Notes: a model not told the origin generated them from the sequence alone. A stretch of DNA of 64,000 bases from Zoogloea sp. (GCF_030157465.1 NZ_JAOAUU010000036.1:2427-66426), one strand, 5' to 3'. Counted from the first letter of the stretch, positions 1 to 11,070 are shown. Numbers and translations: made by a program.

Positions 1-1260
1 TGCTGGTTGCCATGGAACGGCAGACAAGCCGTGTTGCTTGATGTAGTTGAACGCAAGTTTTATATCTTCAACTGGGTTTTCTGGCCCCAGGATGTGTTTT
101 TTCTGGCGATCCTCCTGATCATCAGTGCGTATTCACTTTTTTTCTTTACGGCAGTTGCAGGACGTTTGTGGTGTGGCTATGCATGTCCGCAAACGGTGTA
201 CACAGAGATCTTTATTTGGATCGAAGAGAAGATCGAGGGTAATCGCGCGCAGCGGATGAAGCTCGATCAGGCTCCGCTGAGTGCCCGTAAAGTGGGCATC
301 AAGGCTGCCAAGTTCGGCGCATGGGGCCTGCTTTCACTGTGGACGGGATTTACCCTCGTAGGCTATTTCACGCCGATTCGGGAGCTTGTCCAGGAAGCCA
401 TTACATTCAGTTTCGGACCATGGGAGCTCTTCTGGATTTTCTTCTATGGTGGCTTCACCTATTTGTTCGCGGGACTGATGCGGGAGCAGGTCTGCAAATA
501 CATGTGCCCCTATGCTCGTTTCCAGGGCGTGATGTTCGATCCCGATACCCTCGTCATTACCTACGACCCGGAGCGGGGTGAGCCGCGCGGTGCGCGCAAG
601 AAGGGTGTTGATCCAAAGGTGATCTCCAAGGGTGATTGCGTTGATTGCGGGATATGTGTCCAGGTTTGCCCGACGGGTATTGATATCCGGAATGGCCTGC
701 AGTACGAGTGCATTGGTTGCGCAGCTTGTATCGACGCGTGCGATCAGGTCATGGACAAGATGAATTACCCGAGGGGGCTCATCCGCTATACCACCGAGAA
801 CGCGATGAAGCGCCATTGGGGACGTAAGGAAATTATTGGGCACCTGATGCGGCCGCGAATCATGATTTATGCGGCGGTGCTGGTAGCGATCTGCGCGGCG
901 TTTGTTTGGGGACTGGCAACGCGGTCCACTTTGCGCGTGGATGTTATTAAAGACAGGTCAACCTTGAGTCGCGAGGTAGAGGGCGGACTGATCGCCAACG
1001 TTTACAACCTTCAGGTCATGAACATGACCGAAAGTGCTCGTCGATTCACGCTGTCTGCGAGCGGACTCGAGGGTGTTCAAATTACGCCGAATACTCCGTT
1101 TGAGGTGGATGCCGCAAGCTTCAGGTCGGTTACTGTAGAGGTCGCTGTTCCGCCCGAGTCCGGCAAGCCGGGCTCAAACACGATTTATATCGAAATCAAG
1201 GCTGTGGACGACGAAAAGGTCCGTGTGCGTGAGAAGACTGCTTTCCTGCTGCCGCGATAG
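1..1260 (+). CDS. ccoG: Cytochrome c oxidase (cbb3) accessory protein CcoG, 4Fe-4S; 5'-truncated by the window
   Basis: CGYACPQTVY, CKYMCPY and DCVDCGICVQVCPTGIDIR...CIGCAACIDAC motifs; frame is open back to base 1. Confidence 0.93.
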   Translation, partial: CWLPWNGRQAVLLDVVERKFYIFNWVFWPQDVFFLAILLIISAYSLFFFTAVAGRLWCGYACPQTVYTEIFIWIEEKIEGNRAQRMKLDQAPLSARKVGIKAAKFGAWGLLSLWTGFTLVGYFTPIRELVQEAITFSFGPWELFWIFFYGGFTYLFAGLMREQVCKYMCPYARFQGVMFDPDTLVITYDPERGEPRGARKKGVDPKVISKGDCVDCGICVQVCPTGIDIRNGLQYECIGCAACIDACDQVMDKMNYPRGLIRYTTENAMKRHWGRKEIIGHLMRPRIMIYAAVLVAICAAFVWGLATRSTLRVDVIKDRSTLSREVEGGLIANVYNLQVMNMTESARRFTLSASGLEGVQITPNTPFEVDAASFRSVTVEVAVPPESGKPGSNTIYIEIKAVDDEKVRVREKTAFLLPR

Positions 1261-1272
1261 GATAAATATTTA

Positions 1273-1806
1273 ATGAATACGACAACAATGAAAACTGGCG
1301 GCAATCCGACTCCTTGGTACAAGGAACGCTGGACTTGGTTATTGATGCTCATGCCGGCAACGGCAATTGTCGCCGGGTTCATTACCCTGTGGCTGGCGGT
1401 AACAACCTTCGATGGCCTCGTTGCTGATGATTATTACAAGCAGGGCCTGGCTATAAACCAGACACTGGCTCGAGCTAATGCTGCACAGGAGCTCGGGCTG
1501 GTGGGACAGGTCAAGTTCTCTGCTGAAGATGTTCGTGTTGTTCTTTCCGTCAGACAGGGCGTCGAATTGCCCAGCAAACTGTTGGTGACACTCGCTCACC
1601 CGACAAGAGGCGGACTGGATCAGAAACTGGTGCTCGAGTTGCGCGATGGTGCTTATCTTGGCAGCTTGCAGGCGGCGCTGACCAGCGCTCACTGGAAGGT
1701 TTTAATCGAGGACGAGTCACGCAGTTGGAGGTTGTCAGGGGTCGCATTTCTCCCCACCGAGACCGAAATCCGCATTAATTCAGCCGATCTCAAACCTGTA
1801 GATTGA
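1273..1806 (+). CDS. ccoH: FixH/CcoH family protein
   Basis: PWYKERWTWLLMLMP, one TM helix, DGLVADDYYKQGLAIN; directly after ccoG. Confidence 0.85.
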   Translation: MNTTTMKTGGNPTPWYKERWTWLLMLMPATAIVAGFITLWLAVTTFDGLVADDYYKQGLAINQTLARANAAQELGLVGQVKFSAEDVRVVLSVRQGVELPSKLLVTLAHPTRGGLDQKLVLELRDGAYLGSLQAALTSAHWKVLIEDESRSWRLSGVAFLPTETEIRINSADLKPVD

Positions 1807-1815
1807 CCGGCTGTC

Positions 1816-1926
1816 ATGGTGTGGCAAGCGTTGCTCAAAACCGATGTCACTCTTTTGAGTAGGTTTGCGACCGGATTTGTTCTTGTAATAGTGCTTATCG
1901 GTATCGTTTTGCCCCGCGGTATATGA
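1816..1926 (+). CDS. Small 36-aa membrane peptide (MVWQALLKTDVTLLSRFATGFVLVIVLIGIVLPRGI), DUF3149-like
   Basis: ATG 9 nt after the ccoH stop; one hydrophobic helix; below the ORF-track length cutoff. Confidence 0.5.
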   Translation: MVWQALLKTDVTLLSRFATGFVLVIVLIGIVLPRGI

Positions 1927-1996
1927 CCGAAGACGAGTGGAAGGTCACACGGTTGAAAATGGCGGGCTAAACGTCTGCTTTCAAGGGAGCTAGTCG

Positions 1997-2239
1997 ATGT
2001 TGAAACTGATTCAGGTTTTGTGGCCGTCGTTTCTGGTGGCGGGGGTTGCGGAAATCGTGTTTTTCACGGTTGTCGCTCCCCGTGAGTTGTATTTGTTTGG
2101 CGAGCCGGCGCATTTCTCGGCTATCGCCACTTACTCTATCGGCTTCTTTGCATTCTGGATTGTGTGTGCTGCGTCGAGTCTGACGACACTCTTCTTTCAG
2201 CGCACATCGAACGAAATAAACCAGTCGGATTCTATTTAG
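1997..2239 (+). CDS. Small conserved-type membrane protein of the cco cluster
   Basis: GGGAG RBS; LWPSFLVAGVAEIVFF...YSIGFFAFW, two TM helices. Confidence 0.75.
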   Translation: MLKLIQVLWPSFLVAGVAEIVFFTVVAPRELYLFGEPAHFSAIATYSIGFFAFWIVCAASSLTTLFFQRTSNEINQSDSI

Positions 2240-2283
2240 CTGCTTCCTTGCCGGGCTGATTTTTATTTTTCGGCGCAAGATGT

Positions 2284-2316
2284 AAAAAGGCCTCGCAGAT
2301 TGTGCGAGGCCTTTTT
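2284..2316. terminator. Bidirectional intrinsic terminator
   Basis: AAAAAGGCCTCGCA-gattg-TGCGAGGCCTTTTT between convergent genes. Confidence 0.85.
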
Positions 2317-2349
2317 CATATTTGGATTTTATTTGATGCGAGGTGAGTT

Positions 2350-2793
2350 TCAGCGATAGACGAGAACCGGAACCTTGCTGTGGGTCAGAACCTTCTGGGT
2401 TTCGCTGCCGAGTAGCAGACCGCTGAGACCGCGGCGGCCATGAGAGGCCATGAAAATCAAATCGCTGCGGTTGCGTTCAGCGGAGGCGATGATGGCCTCG
2501 AACGGCACTTCGCTTACAACCGTATCACTCCCGGCCGTTACGCCTGCAGCTTCCGCTGCTGATTTGGCTTGGGTCAGGATCTTCTCTGCTTCGGCGGCGG
2601 CTGCCCGGTTGAACTGTTCGGGGGTTGTCGGATCGAACAACGCGCCTTCGCCGTAAATCGGCGTCGGGAAGTCGGGTTGGGCATAGAAAAAGATAATGCT
2701 TGCACCGGCGTCCTTGGCGAAATCAATGGCGCGGGAAACTGTGGATGCAGAGAGTTCTGAGCCGTCGGTGGGTACAAGGATATTTTTGAACAT
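2350..2793 (-). CDS. Universal stress protein (UspA family)
   Basis: MFKNILVPTDGS...IFMASHGRRGLSGLLLGSETQKVLTHSKVPVLV; start trimmed to the Met after an AGGAGAG-like RBS. Confidence 0.93.
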   Translation of the reverse strand: MFKNILVPTDGSELSASTVSRAIDFAKDAGASIIFFYAQPDFPTPIYGEGALFDPTTPEQFNRAAAAEAEKILTQAKSAAEAAGVTAGSDTVVSEVPFEAIIASAERNRSDLIFMASHGRRGLSGLLLGSETQKVLTHSKVPVLVYR

Positions 2794-2826
2794 TGCGTCT
2801 CTCCTGGTGCTTGTGGGCGTGTTGTC

Positions 2827-2832
2827 ATTATA
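2827..2832 (-). promoter_or_regulatory. -10 box (TATAAT) of the usp promoter
   Basis: Perfect TATAAT on the minus strand; places the FNR box centre about 42 nt upstream of the inferred start site. Confidence 0.65.
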
Positions 2833-2856
2833 GAACGTCTCATCTTCGCAACGAGA

Positions 2857-2870
2857 TTGACGAATGTCAA
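2857..2870. promoter_or_regulatory. FNR/ANR/DNR-type binding site
   Basis: TTGAC-GAAT-GTCAA palindrome (TTGAy-N4-rTCAA) between divergent usp and phaC. Confidence 0.75.
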
Positions 2871-2968
2871 TCAGACCATACACCGCTTGTCGCACGATCA
2901 GTATGAGGATGAAAACGTCGCGGATGCTTGTCTGCGCTGTGTTCAACAGAAAGAAGGAGTGCTTGATT

Positions 2969-4702
2969 ATGTCTCGCCGCGAACCTGCCCCGCCGATTGA
3001 TTTCGCCCGAAAATCCTTGCGGCAATTACATGACTCGGTGGAGTCATCGATTGATCCTCTTGGCATGGCCGCGCCTCTTGTTCATGCCCAGCTTGCCTGG
3101 ATGGCTCATCCCCAGGAGCTTGCCGAGGCTCTTTCAAGGGTTTCGACCAGTCTGTGGACGCTCCAGTGGCATAGCTTCCGGCGGATCATGGGCTTGCCAA
3201 GCCAGGATCCCGTCAAGCCCAAGGAGGACGATAGCCGTTTTGTGGATCCTGTTTGGGCGGAGTCTCCAGGCTGGGATCTGGTCAAGGAGTGGTATCTGCT
3301 TCTTACGCACCACATGCAGGACATGCTTTACGACACACCTGGACTTTCCCAGAAGGAGAGACGCCGCGCCGCCTTCTGGTGGCGTAATGGACTTAATGCC
3401 GTGGCGCCTTCCAATTTTTTGCTCACGAATCCTGTAGCGATGCGCATGGCCATTGAAACCAATGGCGAGAGTCTCACGAGAGGTTTCCGGAACTTTCTCG
3501 ACGATCTGGCTGCCGGCAATATCCGCATGACCAATCCGGATGATTTCAAGGTGGGTGAGAACCTTGCCGTTACGCCGGGCAAAGTCGTTTTTCGTAATCA
3601 TCTCCTTGAGGTGCTGCATTACACGCCGACCAGGCCAAAGGTTCATCAGACGCCCATTGTTATTGTGACGCCATGGATCAACAAGTTTTACATTCTTGAT
3701 ATCAATCCCAAAAAGAGCATGATCCGCTATCTGCTCGATCAGGGGTTCGATGTATTCATTACAAGCTGGAAAAATCCCGGCGAGGAAATGCGGGATTTGC
3801 GTTTCGACGACTATCTCACCGACGGTATCCAGCCCCTGATCGATACCGCGCGGGGCCTTTCGGGATCTGCCAAGGTGCATGCCGTAGGTTATTGCATTGG
3901 CGGCACGGCGCTATCGACCTATATGGCGTGGGCCAATCACCATTTCACGCCGGACGAAGTGCCGGTGGCACACTGGACGCTCTTCACCACGCTCGTGGAT
4001 TTCCACAAGCCGGGCGACATTGAAGTGTTTGTGGATGAGGGCAGCATCCGCTTCATAACCCAGAACATGGAGCGCAAGGGCTATCTTGATGGTGCCGAGA
4101 TGGCTTCGTCATTTCGGCTGCTGCGCTCGAACAGCCTGATCTGGCATTACGTTGTGCATGGCTGGCTTTACGGTGAAACGCCTCCGCCGTTCGACGTGCT
4201 TTACTGGAATATGGATACCACGCGGATGCCCTATGCGATGCATGCCTGGTATTTGCGCGAGCTGTACCTTAATAACAAGCTGATCGAAAAGAATGCCCTG
4301 ACCGTGGCGGGAGAGTCCATCGATCTTGGGGCCATATGCCAGCCGCTGTATGCCGTTTCTGCAGAGGATGACCACATTGCGCCGTGGCGCCAGGCATTCA
4401 GGGCCATGAATTACGTAGGCGGTTCAAAGCGTTTCGTATTGTCCAGTTCGGGGCATATCCTCGGTATCGTCAATCCTCCGGTCAAGCCCCCGAAACGAAG
4501 CTTCTGGGTTGGGCCCGCCCGGCGTAGCGACACGGCAGATGACTGGCGGGGGGATCTGCCGGAGCAAGCCGGAAGCTGGTGGGATGACTGGATGGCGTGG
4601 CTGAAGCCCCAGTGTGGCGAGCTGGTGGATGCGCCTGCGGTATCGAACGAGGCTTTCCCGGCCCTCGGGGCGGCGCCGGGAAGCTACGTGCTCGAACATT
4701 GA
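2969..4702 (+). CDS. phaC: Poly(3-hydroxyalkanoate) synthase PhaC
   Basis: Lipase-box GYCIGG, AEDDHIAPW, SGHILGIVNPP; PWINKFYILD; GAAGGAG RBS before ATG 2969. Confidence 0.92.
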   Translation: MSRREPAPPIDFARKSLRQLHDSVESSIDPLGMAAPLVHAQLAWMAHPQELAEALSRVSTSLWTLQWHSFRRIMGLPSQDPVKPKEDDSRFVDPVWAESPGWDLVKEWYLLLTHHMQDMLYDTPGLSQKERRRAAFWWRNGLNAVAPSNFLLTNPVAMRMAIETNGESLTRGFRNFLDDLAAGNIRMTNPDDFKVGENLAVTPGKVVFRNHLLEVLHYTPTRPKVHQTPIVIVTPWINKFYILDINPKKSMIRYLLDQGFDVFITSWKNPGEEMRDLRFDDYLTDGIQPLIDTARGLSGSAKVHAVGYCIGGTALSTYMAWANHHFTPDEVPVAHWTLFTTLVDFHKPGDIEVFVDEGSIRFITQNMERKGYLDGAEMASSFRLLRSNSLIWHYVVHGWLYGETPPPFDVLYWNMDTTRMPYAMHAWYLRELYLNNKLIEKNALTVAGESIDLGAICQPLYAVSAEDDHIAPWRQAFRAMNYVGGSKRFVLSSSGHILGIVNPPVKPPKRSFWVGPARRSDTADDWRGDLPEQAGSWWDDWMAWLKPQCGELVDAPAVSNEAFPALGAAPGSYVLEH

Positions 4703-5220
4703 GCATCGCCCCTGGGGCAGCTTGCAAGCTCGCCCCAGGCGTCGAGGCGACGGGCGAAGCTGTAGCCGGCATTGGCGGGGCTGGTGGAGGGCAGGCGGCG
4801 ATACTGGAGTTGCTGGATGTCTGGCGGCAGGGACTTCAACACGTGTCGCCGGAAGCTGCTCTCCGCCATTGCGCCATTGAAAAATACCCGCTTGATGTGT
4901 GGGTGGCGCGCGAAGAAATCGGCGAAGTCGTTGGGAACGATCGTGCCGGGGTCTATGCTGGAGTCGAGGCTGCCTTGGCGTTCGCAGCACTGTAGAACGT
5001 CCCACAGGGCGATGCCGTAGTCGGTGATTTTCTGCAGGCGGAGCAGGTAGGGAAGTGCAGGATCCGCGCCCGCCAGCTCTCCGAGAATCGGCCAGAAAAA
5101 GTTGCGTGGGTGGGCGTAGTATTCGCCGGCCCGCAACGATGCACCGCCAGGCATGCTGCCCAGAACCAGGGTGTGGGCCTGAGGGGTGGATACCGGCGGG
5201 AAACTGTAGATCAGGGTCAT
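4684..5220 (-). CDS. Uracil-DNA-glycosylase superfamily protein (DNA-deoxyinosine glycosylase type)
   Basis: LGSMPG...YYAHPRNFFW, IALWDV, LPSTSPANA motifs. Confidence 0.88.
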   Translation of the reverse strand: MTLIYSFPPVSTPQAHTLVLGSMPGGASLRAGEYYAHPRNFFWPILGELAGADPALPYLLRLQKITDYGIALWDVLQCCERQGSLDSSIDPGTIVPNDFADFFARHPHIKRVFFNGAMAESSFRRHVLKSLPPDIQQLQYRRLPSTSPANAGYSFARRLDAWGELASCPRGDAQCSST

Positions 5221-5277
5221 GATTCAGAGTGAGACTTTACACCGGCGCTCAGCCGGATACGGGTTCAGGAGCAAGGG

Positions 5278-6438
5278 ATGAAACAGCGCGCACATGTGCT
5301 GGTCGTGGACGATCAAGCGGACAACCTGCTGATTCTCGAAGATGTGCTGGCCGAGCACTATGAAGTCCATCCCGCCACGAATGGAAGGGAGGCGCTTGAT
5401 TATCTCGAGGGGGGAGGGCGTGCCGATCTCATCCTGCTGGATGTAATGATGCCGGATGTGGATGGTTTCGAGGTGTGCAGGCGACTCAAGTCGTCGGAGT
5501 CGACCCGGTCGATTCCGGTGATATTCCTCACTGGACTTGACCGTCCGGAGGATGAAGAGCTCGGATTTTCCCTCGGAGCCGAAGACTTCATCCACAAACC
5601 CATCTCGCCGCCGGTTGTGCTGGCCCGTGTCCGCACCCATCTTGCGCTGTCGAGGGCTACCCGTGCGCTGCAGCGGCGCAACGCCGATCTGGAGTTGATC
5701 GTTGCCGAGCGAACGGCCGAGATCAGCGAGCAGGCCCGGCGTCTGGTTGCCAGCAAGCAGGAAGTGATTGCTGCCCAGGCTTCCACCATCACGGCGTTTT
5801 GCGCCCTTGCCGAAGCGCGCGACAACGAAACCGGAAACCACATCCGGCGCACCCAGCACTACGTCCGCATCCTTGCCGAAAACCTGCGCGATCATCCGCG
5901 CTTTTGCGACAAGTTGGATGAGGAGGTTATCCAGCTCCTCTTCAAATCGGCTCCTTTGCACGATGTCGGCAAGGTCGCAACCCCCGACGCCATCCTTCTC
6001 AAAAACGGCAAGCTCACGCCTGAAGAATGGGTGTTGATGAAGCAGCACTGCGAATATGGCCGCAACGCCATCATGCAGGCCGAAAGTGCCCTGGGCGGGG
6101 TGAGCGACGCTTCTTTCCTTTTGTATGCAGCGGAAATCGCCTACGGACACCACGAGCGCTGGGATGGCAGCGGCTACCCGCAAGGTATCGCCGGTGACGC
6201 CATTCCGCTCTCGGCGCGCCTGATGGCCGTTGCCGACGTGTATGACGCATTGATCTCAAGACGCGTCTACAAGCCGCCGTTTCCTCATGAGCAGGCGCTT
6301 TCGATGATCGTTGCCGAGCGTGGCCAGCATTTTGACCCGGATATCGTGGATGCGCTGCTGCGTGTAGCGGGCGAATTTGCCGAAATCGCTCATAGTTTCC
6401 GGGATGAGCCGGAGTATGCAGCGGGCGATGAGTCCTAG
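5278..6438 (+). CDS. Response regulator with HD-GYP c-di-GMP phosphodiesterase domain (RpfG-like)
   Basis: REC (VVDD, LLDVMMP, KP) plus RDNETGNH, LHDVGK, HHERWDGSGYP, DVYDAL. Confidence 0.92.
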   Translation: MKQRAHVLVVDDQADNLLILEDVLAEHYEVHPATNGREALDYLEGGGRADLILLDVMMPDVDGFEVCRRLKSSESTRSIPVIFLTGLDRPEDEELGFSLGAEDFIHKPISPPVVLARVRTHLALSRATRALQRRNADLELIVAERTAEISEQARRLVASKQEVIAAQASTITAFCALAEARDNETGNHIRRTQHYVRILAENLRDHPRFCDKLDEEVIQLLFKSAPLHDVGKVATPDAILLKNGKLTPEEWVLMKQHCEYGRNAIMQAESALGGVSDASFLLYAAEIAYGHHERWDGSGYPQGIAGDAIPLSARLMAVADVYDALISRRVYKPPFPHEQALSMIVAERGQHFDPDIVDALLRVAGEFAEIAHSFRDEPEYAAGDES

Positions 6439-6493
6439 CTCGACGGGCGCTGCAAAGTTGTTTCCCCGGGGGCTATCGCGCCGGGCCATTGCG

Positions 6494-7681
6494 CTAGGTG
6501 GTGCCGTCAAGGAGCGCTTGAAGGCGATGAGCCAACCAGTGGAAACCAATGTGTTCCTGCTCCAGCCGCAGTCCTGCGCGGATGCGCTTGTCGCGCAGAT
6601 CGTCGTAGAGGGCTCTCTCCTCGGGCGTCAGTCTGTGCAAGTCCGCCTGCAGGGGTTTGTCTTCGCTTCCCCAGACGGCGGCATGCGCATCAAGGGTTTC
6701 CCTGTCCATCAAGAACGAATCCACGTGATCAAAGTAGCTACGCAGCTGATTCAGGATGCCAAAGCCGTGGGTGTCGATGTCGCCCCAGTAATGGATTGGG
6801 CAGTGCTTTAGCCAAGGGCTGCGTGCCAGTGCATCCCAGCCGTAACCCGCCCCAAAAACAACAACGGCATCTTTGACCTGCGGAAACGCCAGGAAGTTGG
6901 TTTCATTCTCGGTGATGAATACCCGCTTCACGGGGAGTTCCAGGCGACTGAAGCTCTCGGCATCCAGGCTTACGTCGGGGCATACCGTGCCTGGCACAGC
7001 CTGGAGTGCTGGATCGAGCACCCGGAAGCGAATGCGCGTCGGCTTTTCCAGAAACCCGTAGCGGGCCGCAAACTGGCTGACCCCCGTTTTGCTGATGTCT
7101 ACTGCCTCTGCGGGCAGCGCCAAATCGAGTAACTCGGCCAGCACATTGCGATGCGCCTCGATGAATTTGCTGTGCACGCCCGGCAAGTCCACCTGCCTCA
7201 AGTAGATGCCCGGGCGAGGATGTCGAGCAAGCCAGCCCACTACGGCCAGCAAACGGGGCCACTCGGAGGATAGTTCAAGCGCCTGCAGGGGGCGTTTTTC
7301 CAGCCAGGGCAGCAGGGCGGGGTGGGTTTGCCGGGTTGCCGCGACTTGACTCGAAAAGCGATCCTGCTCTCCGCGCTTGCCCAGCCAGATTAAGGCATCC
7401 TCCAGGGTCTCGACCCAGGCGCTCGTGGGCAGTTTTTGGGCACCCTGGACACGGTGACGAAGCTCCTGATAATCGATCCGCAAAAAGCTCGCGGCCGCCA
7501 GTTCGGTGGCCCAGGCACGAACGGCATCAAAGCGATTTGTGATGTCAGCCGAACCTGGCGACTTGAGCGACAGGCGCAAAGGAAAGCGCGCATTGCCGGT
7601 CACCACGTCGCGCAGAAGCTCGCCACGCTCCCACAGTCGCATCAATTGCGCTTTTAGGTCCTTCGGGCCGGTCCACGTCAC
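6494..7681 (-). CDS. jetD: Wadjet nuclease JetD (DUF3322 + DUF2220 Toprim)
   Basis: [11 protein letters not shown] and [10 protein letters not shown] Toprim motifs, RLEQE C-terminus; GTGA overlap with the jetC stop. Confidence 0.9.
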   Translation of the reverse strand: MTWTGPKDLKAQLMRLWERGELLRDVVTGNARFPLRLSLKSPGSADITNRFDAVRAWATELAAASFLRIDYQELRHRVQGAQKLPTSAWVETLEDALIWLGKRGEQDRFSSQVAATRQTHPALLPWLEKRPLQALELSSEWPRLLAVVGWLARHPRPGIYLRQVDLPGVHSKFIEAHRNVLAELLDLALPAEAVDISKTGVSQFAARYGFLEKPTRIRFRVLDPALQAVPGTVCPDVSLDAESFSRLELPVKRVFITENETNFLAFPQVKDAVVVFGAGYGWDALARSPWLKHCPIHYWGDIDTHGFGILNQLRSYFDHVDSFLMDRETLDAHAAVWGSEDKPLQADLHRLTPEERALYDDLRDKRIRAGLRLEQEHIGFHWLAHRLQALLDGTT

Positions 7682-10600
7682 TGCGCCAACGCCTGCGCCG
7701 CTTGGGCAGGCGTCAAGGCCTTGTGCGCCCGGTATTCCTCAATGGAAAGGTTGCGGACTTTGGAGGCGCGTCCGCCCTCGTTGTGCACGAAGCCCACACT
7801 GGATACGAAGGGTTCGATGATGTGGATCTTCTGCAGCGGCGTCACGATGAGCAGTTGCAGGTTGAGTTGCCGGAACAGCTTCAGGCCGTACTGGGCTGAT
7901 TCATCCGACCCACGACCAAAAGCCTCGTCGATCACCACGAAGCGGAACGAACGTGAGCGCACCGCACCCCATTCCAGGCCGAATTGATACGCCAGGCTGG
8001 CGGCCAGTATCGTGTAGGCCAGCTTCTCTTTTTGCCCGCCGGACTTGCCACCGGAGTCGGAGTAATGCTCGTGTTCGCTGTTGTCCTCTCGCCACCGCTC
8101 GCTGGCGGCGAACAGGAACCCATTGCGCACATCCGTGACCTTGCTTGTCCAGCGGCGATCCTGTTCGGACAGCCCTTCGCGCCCCCGGAAACGGTCGATG
8201 ATGAGCTTGACCTGCAAGAACTTGGCCTCGGAATACTGGGTATCGTCAGAGCCGCTTACAGCGCCTTCGGTGCAGGCGCGCAATTCCTGCTGGAAGTCCC
8301 GGATCTCGGCATCGGGGCTGATCTGCGACTCCAGGACGATATAGCGCCCGGGGTTGTAGTCGATCTCGCCCAGGGACTTGTTGATGTGCGTGATGCGCTC
8401 CTTGATGGTTTCGCGCTCACGGGCCAGTTGGGCATTGAAGTTGGCGATTTCGTTGATCGTGTTGACGTTGAGCAGCTCCTTGAACTTCGCAACAAAGCGC
8501 GGCAGGTCGTCGCGGTTCAATTGCGTCAGCAGGTTTTCGTATTCGAAGGCCGCCTCGAGGCTGGCATCCATCTCTGCTGTCTCGAGCTTGAACGCTTCCT
8601 TGAAAAAAGCCATGGCCTTGATGATCTTCTCGGTCAGGCGTTTGAGCTTCTGATCTTCCGCGTCAATCCGGGCCTGCAGCCAGGTACGCACGTCCTGCTC
8701 GCGGTTGTCGCAGGATTCCACGCTCAGTTGATGTTCGCCCAGCGCCTCGGCGCGTATGGATTCGAGCGTTGAGGCCAGGGTAGCGTCGGCGCCAGCGCCG
8801 TGCAGCAGCGTCGCGGTCTGGAGACGAAGTTCCTGTGCGTCCGAGCGGCGCTGTTCCACCTTGGCGCGCTTCTCGCGTGCACTTTGCAGCTCTGCTCCCG
8901 TTTCCTTGTGGGCTTTTTGCAATGCGCGCAGGGTGTCGTTCAACTGTTTAAGGATGTCCGACGCCGATTCCAGCCGGCTGCGCTCATCGGTCAGCTGGGC
9001 GATTTCGGTGGCGACGCTGGCCCAATCCAGTTCATCGAACGCGGTGAACTCTTCGAGGCGGATCAGCGCATCGAGGCGGCTCGCCAGTTCGCTCCGCGCC
9101 TTCTGGATTTCACTGATCTGGCTGGCTATATCACCCAGTCGCGCTTCAAGCTGACGGCGCTTGGTCTCCAGGGCTGCGATCTTGGCGCTGTTGCTCCACC
9201 CCAGTACGTAACGGCTGCGGTCATCGATGCGGTGGCGGTCGTCTTTTTCGTGCCGGCCGCTCGGGTCCTTGATCTGCCCGGCGCGGGTGATCGCACGTGT
9301 CTCGCGGCGGAACTGTTCTTGCGTGATACAGCAGGCCACGTCGAAACGATGGGCAAGCTCACGCTCCAGCCAGTCGTAGTGCGGCGAGTCGGGCTTGATG
9401 GCCAGCTTGCGAACCAGGGAGTCGCGGTGCAGATCCGGCAGTGCTGCAGCCTTGCGCGGCCGTACATGGAAGTACACCAGACGGCCACGCAGATGGGCGC
9501 CATCCACCCATTCGGCAACCGCCTTGTAATGGGCATCGGGCACCAGCAGCGCCAGCCCGAAGCCCCGCAGCAGGCGTTCGGCTGCGCCTTCCCAATCGCG
9601 CTCATCATCGCGCACCTGGATCAACTCACCGGCGAAGGGCATGTCGTCCACGTTCAGCCCCAGTGCGGCACACATTACGGCGCGGAGCTGGATCTGTTGA
9701 TCGTCAATGTTGCTGCGGCGGCGCTTGAGGCTGTCGATCTCGGCGCTCTGCTGAGCTTGTTCCTGGGTGCCCTGCTGGAAGGTCACGCTGTGCTCGGTCA
9801 GTGCATTTTGCAGATCGGCATCACGGTTGCGCGCTTCTTCTTGCCAGCTTTTATATCTGCCACGCTGCGCGGTGAAGCTGGAGGCATCCGCCGCTGCCGC
9901 CTCGCCCAGCACGCCTGCCAGCTCCCCATAGCGACCGGCTTTGGTTTTGCGGGCATCCCGCAAGTGTTCCTTCTGGCGAATTTCTGCGGCAAGACGCTCC
10001 AGCCGGTCGCCGCCGTTGTCATTGATGGCCTGCTTCAGTTCATCAACTTGCTGGCCTTGCGCCTCATGAATCGCGTCGAGCTTGTGTACCTGGGCATTTG
10101 CGCGCTCCCATTCTTCCGCCAGCAAGCCCAGGCGTTTGTCGATAAGGCCGAGCTTCAGGCCCGCGAAGTGGGGCCGCAGACTGTCCCGGGACCCGCGCAA
10201 ACGGTCGACTTCGGCGACCAATGCACGATGGCGCCCGCAGTCGGCGATCAAGGGTGTGAGCAATTCAACCTGTTGCTGGGTTTTCAGCACCGCCTGATGG
10301 GCACGGTTGAGATCGTCGAAGTGGCCAATCAAGGCCTGGATACGTGGGGCGACGTCGAACGGTTCCAGCATATGGCTGCGCACGAAGTCGGTCAGATTGC
10401 CCACCGACTTCATTGATACCGTCTGGTGGAAAAGCTCCAGCGCCTGATCGTTCTCAATGCCGAAACGCCGGCGGAACCAGGCCGCATAGGGCGGAAAACT
10501 GTCGTGCAATTCGGCCCCGAGTCCACGCAGCTTTTTGCGCAGCTGGGCAATGTCCGAACCGAAATGGGCAAAGTCAGAGGCAATCGACAGGCCCCGCTCT

Positions 10601-11070
10601 GCACCCAGAAAGAAGCGTGCCGGTTGGCCCTGTGTGTCCTTCATCCAGAACACCTGGGCCAGCGTCACCGTCTGGTCGTAGCCCGCGTTGTGGAACACGC
10701 CCAGGATGACGGAGTAACTGTTGTGGTCGCGCAAGCTCACCGGCTTGGCTGCGCCCGTCACTTCGTTGCGCTCGGATTTGTAGTGCCCGAGCACGTAGGA
10801 GCGCAGCGTTCGCTCCTTGCTGTCCGCCCCTGCTGCCTTGTTGTAGGCAATCCGGTTGGCCGGCACCAGCAAGGTGGTGATGGCATCCACCAGGGTGGAT
10901 TTGCCCGAACCGATATCGCCCGTGAGCAGGCCATTCTTGCCATCCAGTTGGAGCGTCCACACCCGGCTGTCGAAAGTGCCCCAGTTGAACACTTCCAGAC
11001 GGGCCAGGCGAAAGCCTGACAGGGTGTCGTCTGCACAGAAGTCCAGGCCCAATGATTGCGGGTCATTCAT
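7678..11070 (-). CDS. jetC: Wadjet SMC-like ATPase JetC
   Basis: NWGTF, Walker [10 protein letters not shown], long coiled coils, signature KSGGQKEK, Walker B VVIDEAF; ATGAATGA overlap with jetB. Confidence 0.92.
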   Translation of the reverse strand: MNDPQSLGLDFCADDTLSGFRLARLEVFNWGTFDSRVWTLQLDGKNGLLTGDIGSGKSTLVDAITTLLVPANRIAYNKAAGADSKERTLRSYVLGHYKSERNEVTGAAKPVSLRDHNSYSVILGVFHNAGYDQTVTLAQVFWMKDTQGQPARFFLGAERGLSIASDFAHFGSDIAQLRKKLRGLGAELHDSFPPYAAWFRRRFGIENDQALELFHQTVSMKSVGNLTDFVRSHMLEPFDVAPRIQALIGHFDDLNRAHQAVLKTQQQVELLTPLIADCGRHRALVAEVDRLRGSRDSLRPHFAGLKLGLIDKRLGLLAEEWERANAQVHKLDAIHEAQGQQVDELKQAINDNGGDRLERLAAEIRQKEHLRDARKTKAGRYGELAGVLGEAAAADASSFTAQRGRYKSWQEEARNRDADLQNALTEHSVTFQQGTQEQAQQSAEIDSLKRRRSNIDDQQIQLRAVMCAALGLNVDDMPFAGELIQVRDDERDWEGAAERLLRGFGLALLVPDAHYKAVAEWVDGAHLRGRLVYFHVRPRKAAALPDLHRDSLVRKLAIKPDSPHYDWLERELAHRFDVACCITQEQFRRETRAITRAGQIKDPSGRHEKDDRHRIDDRSRYVLGWSNSAKIAALETKRRQLEARLGDIASQISEIQKARSELASRLDALIRLEEFTAFDELDWASVATEIAQLTDERSRLESASDILKQLNDTLRALQKAHKETGAELQSAREKRAKVEQRRSDAQELRLQTATLLHGAGADATLASTLESIRAEALGEHQLSVESCDNREQDVRTWLQARIDAEDQKLKRLTEKIIKAMAFFKEAFKLETAEMDASLEAAFEYENLLTQLNRDDLPRFVAKFKELLNVNTINEIANFNAQLARERETIKERITHINKSLGEIDYNPGRYIVLESQISPDAEIRDFQQELRACTEGAVSGSDDTQYSEAKFLQVKLIIDRFRGREGLSEQDRRWTSKVTDVRNGFLFAASERWREDNSEHEHYSDSGGKSGGQKEKLAYTILAASLAYQFGLEWGAVRSRSFRFVVIDEAFGRGSDESAQYGLKLFRQLNLQLLIVTPLQKIHIIEPFVSSVGFVHNEGGRASKVRNLSIEEYRAHKALTPAQAAQALAQ

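Noticed and set aside
6439-6493. Expected att direct repeat of the ssrA 3' end at the far side of the island
   Set aside because: No copy of TGGTGGAGCTGGGGGGAATCGAACC was seen here or further left, so the island boundary remains approximate.
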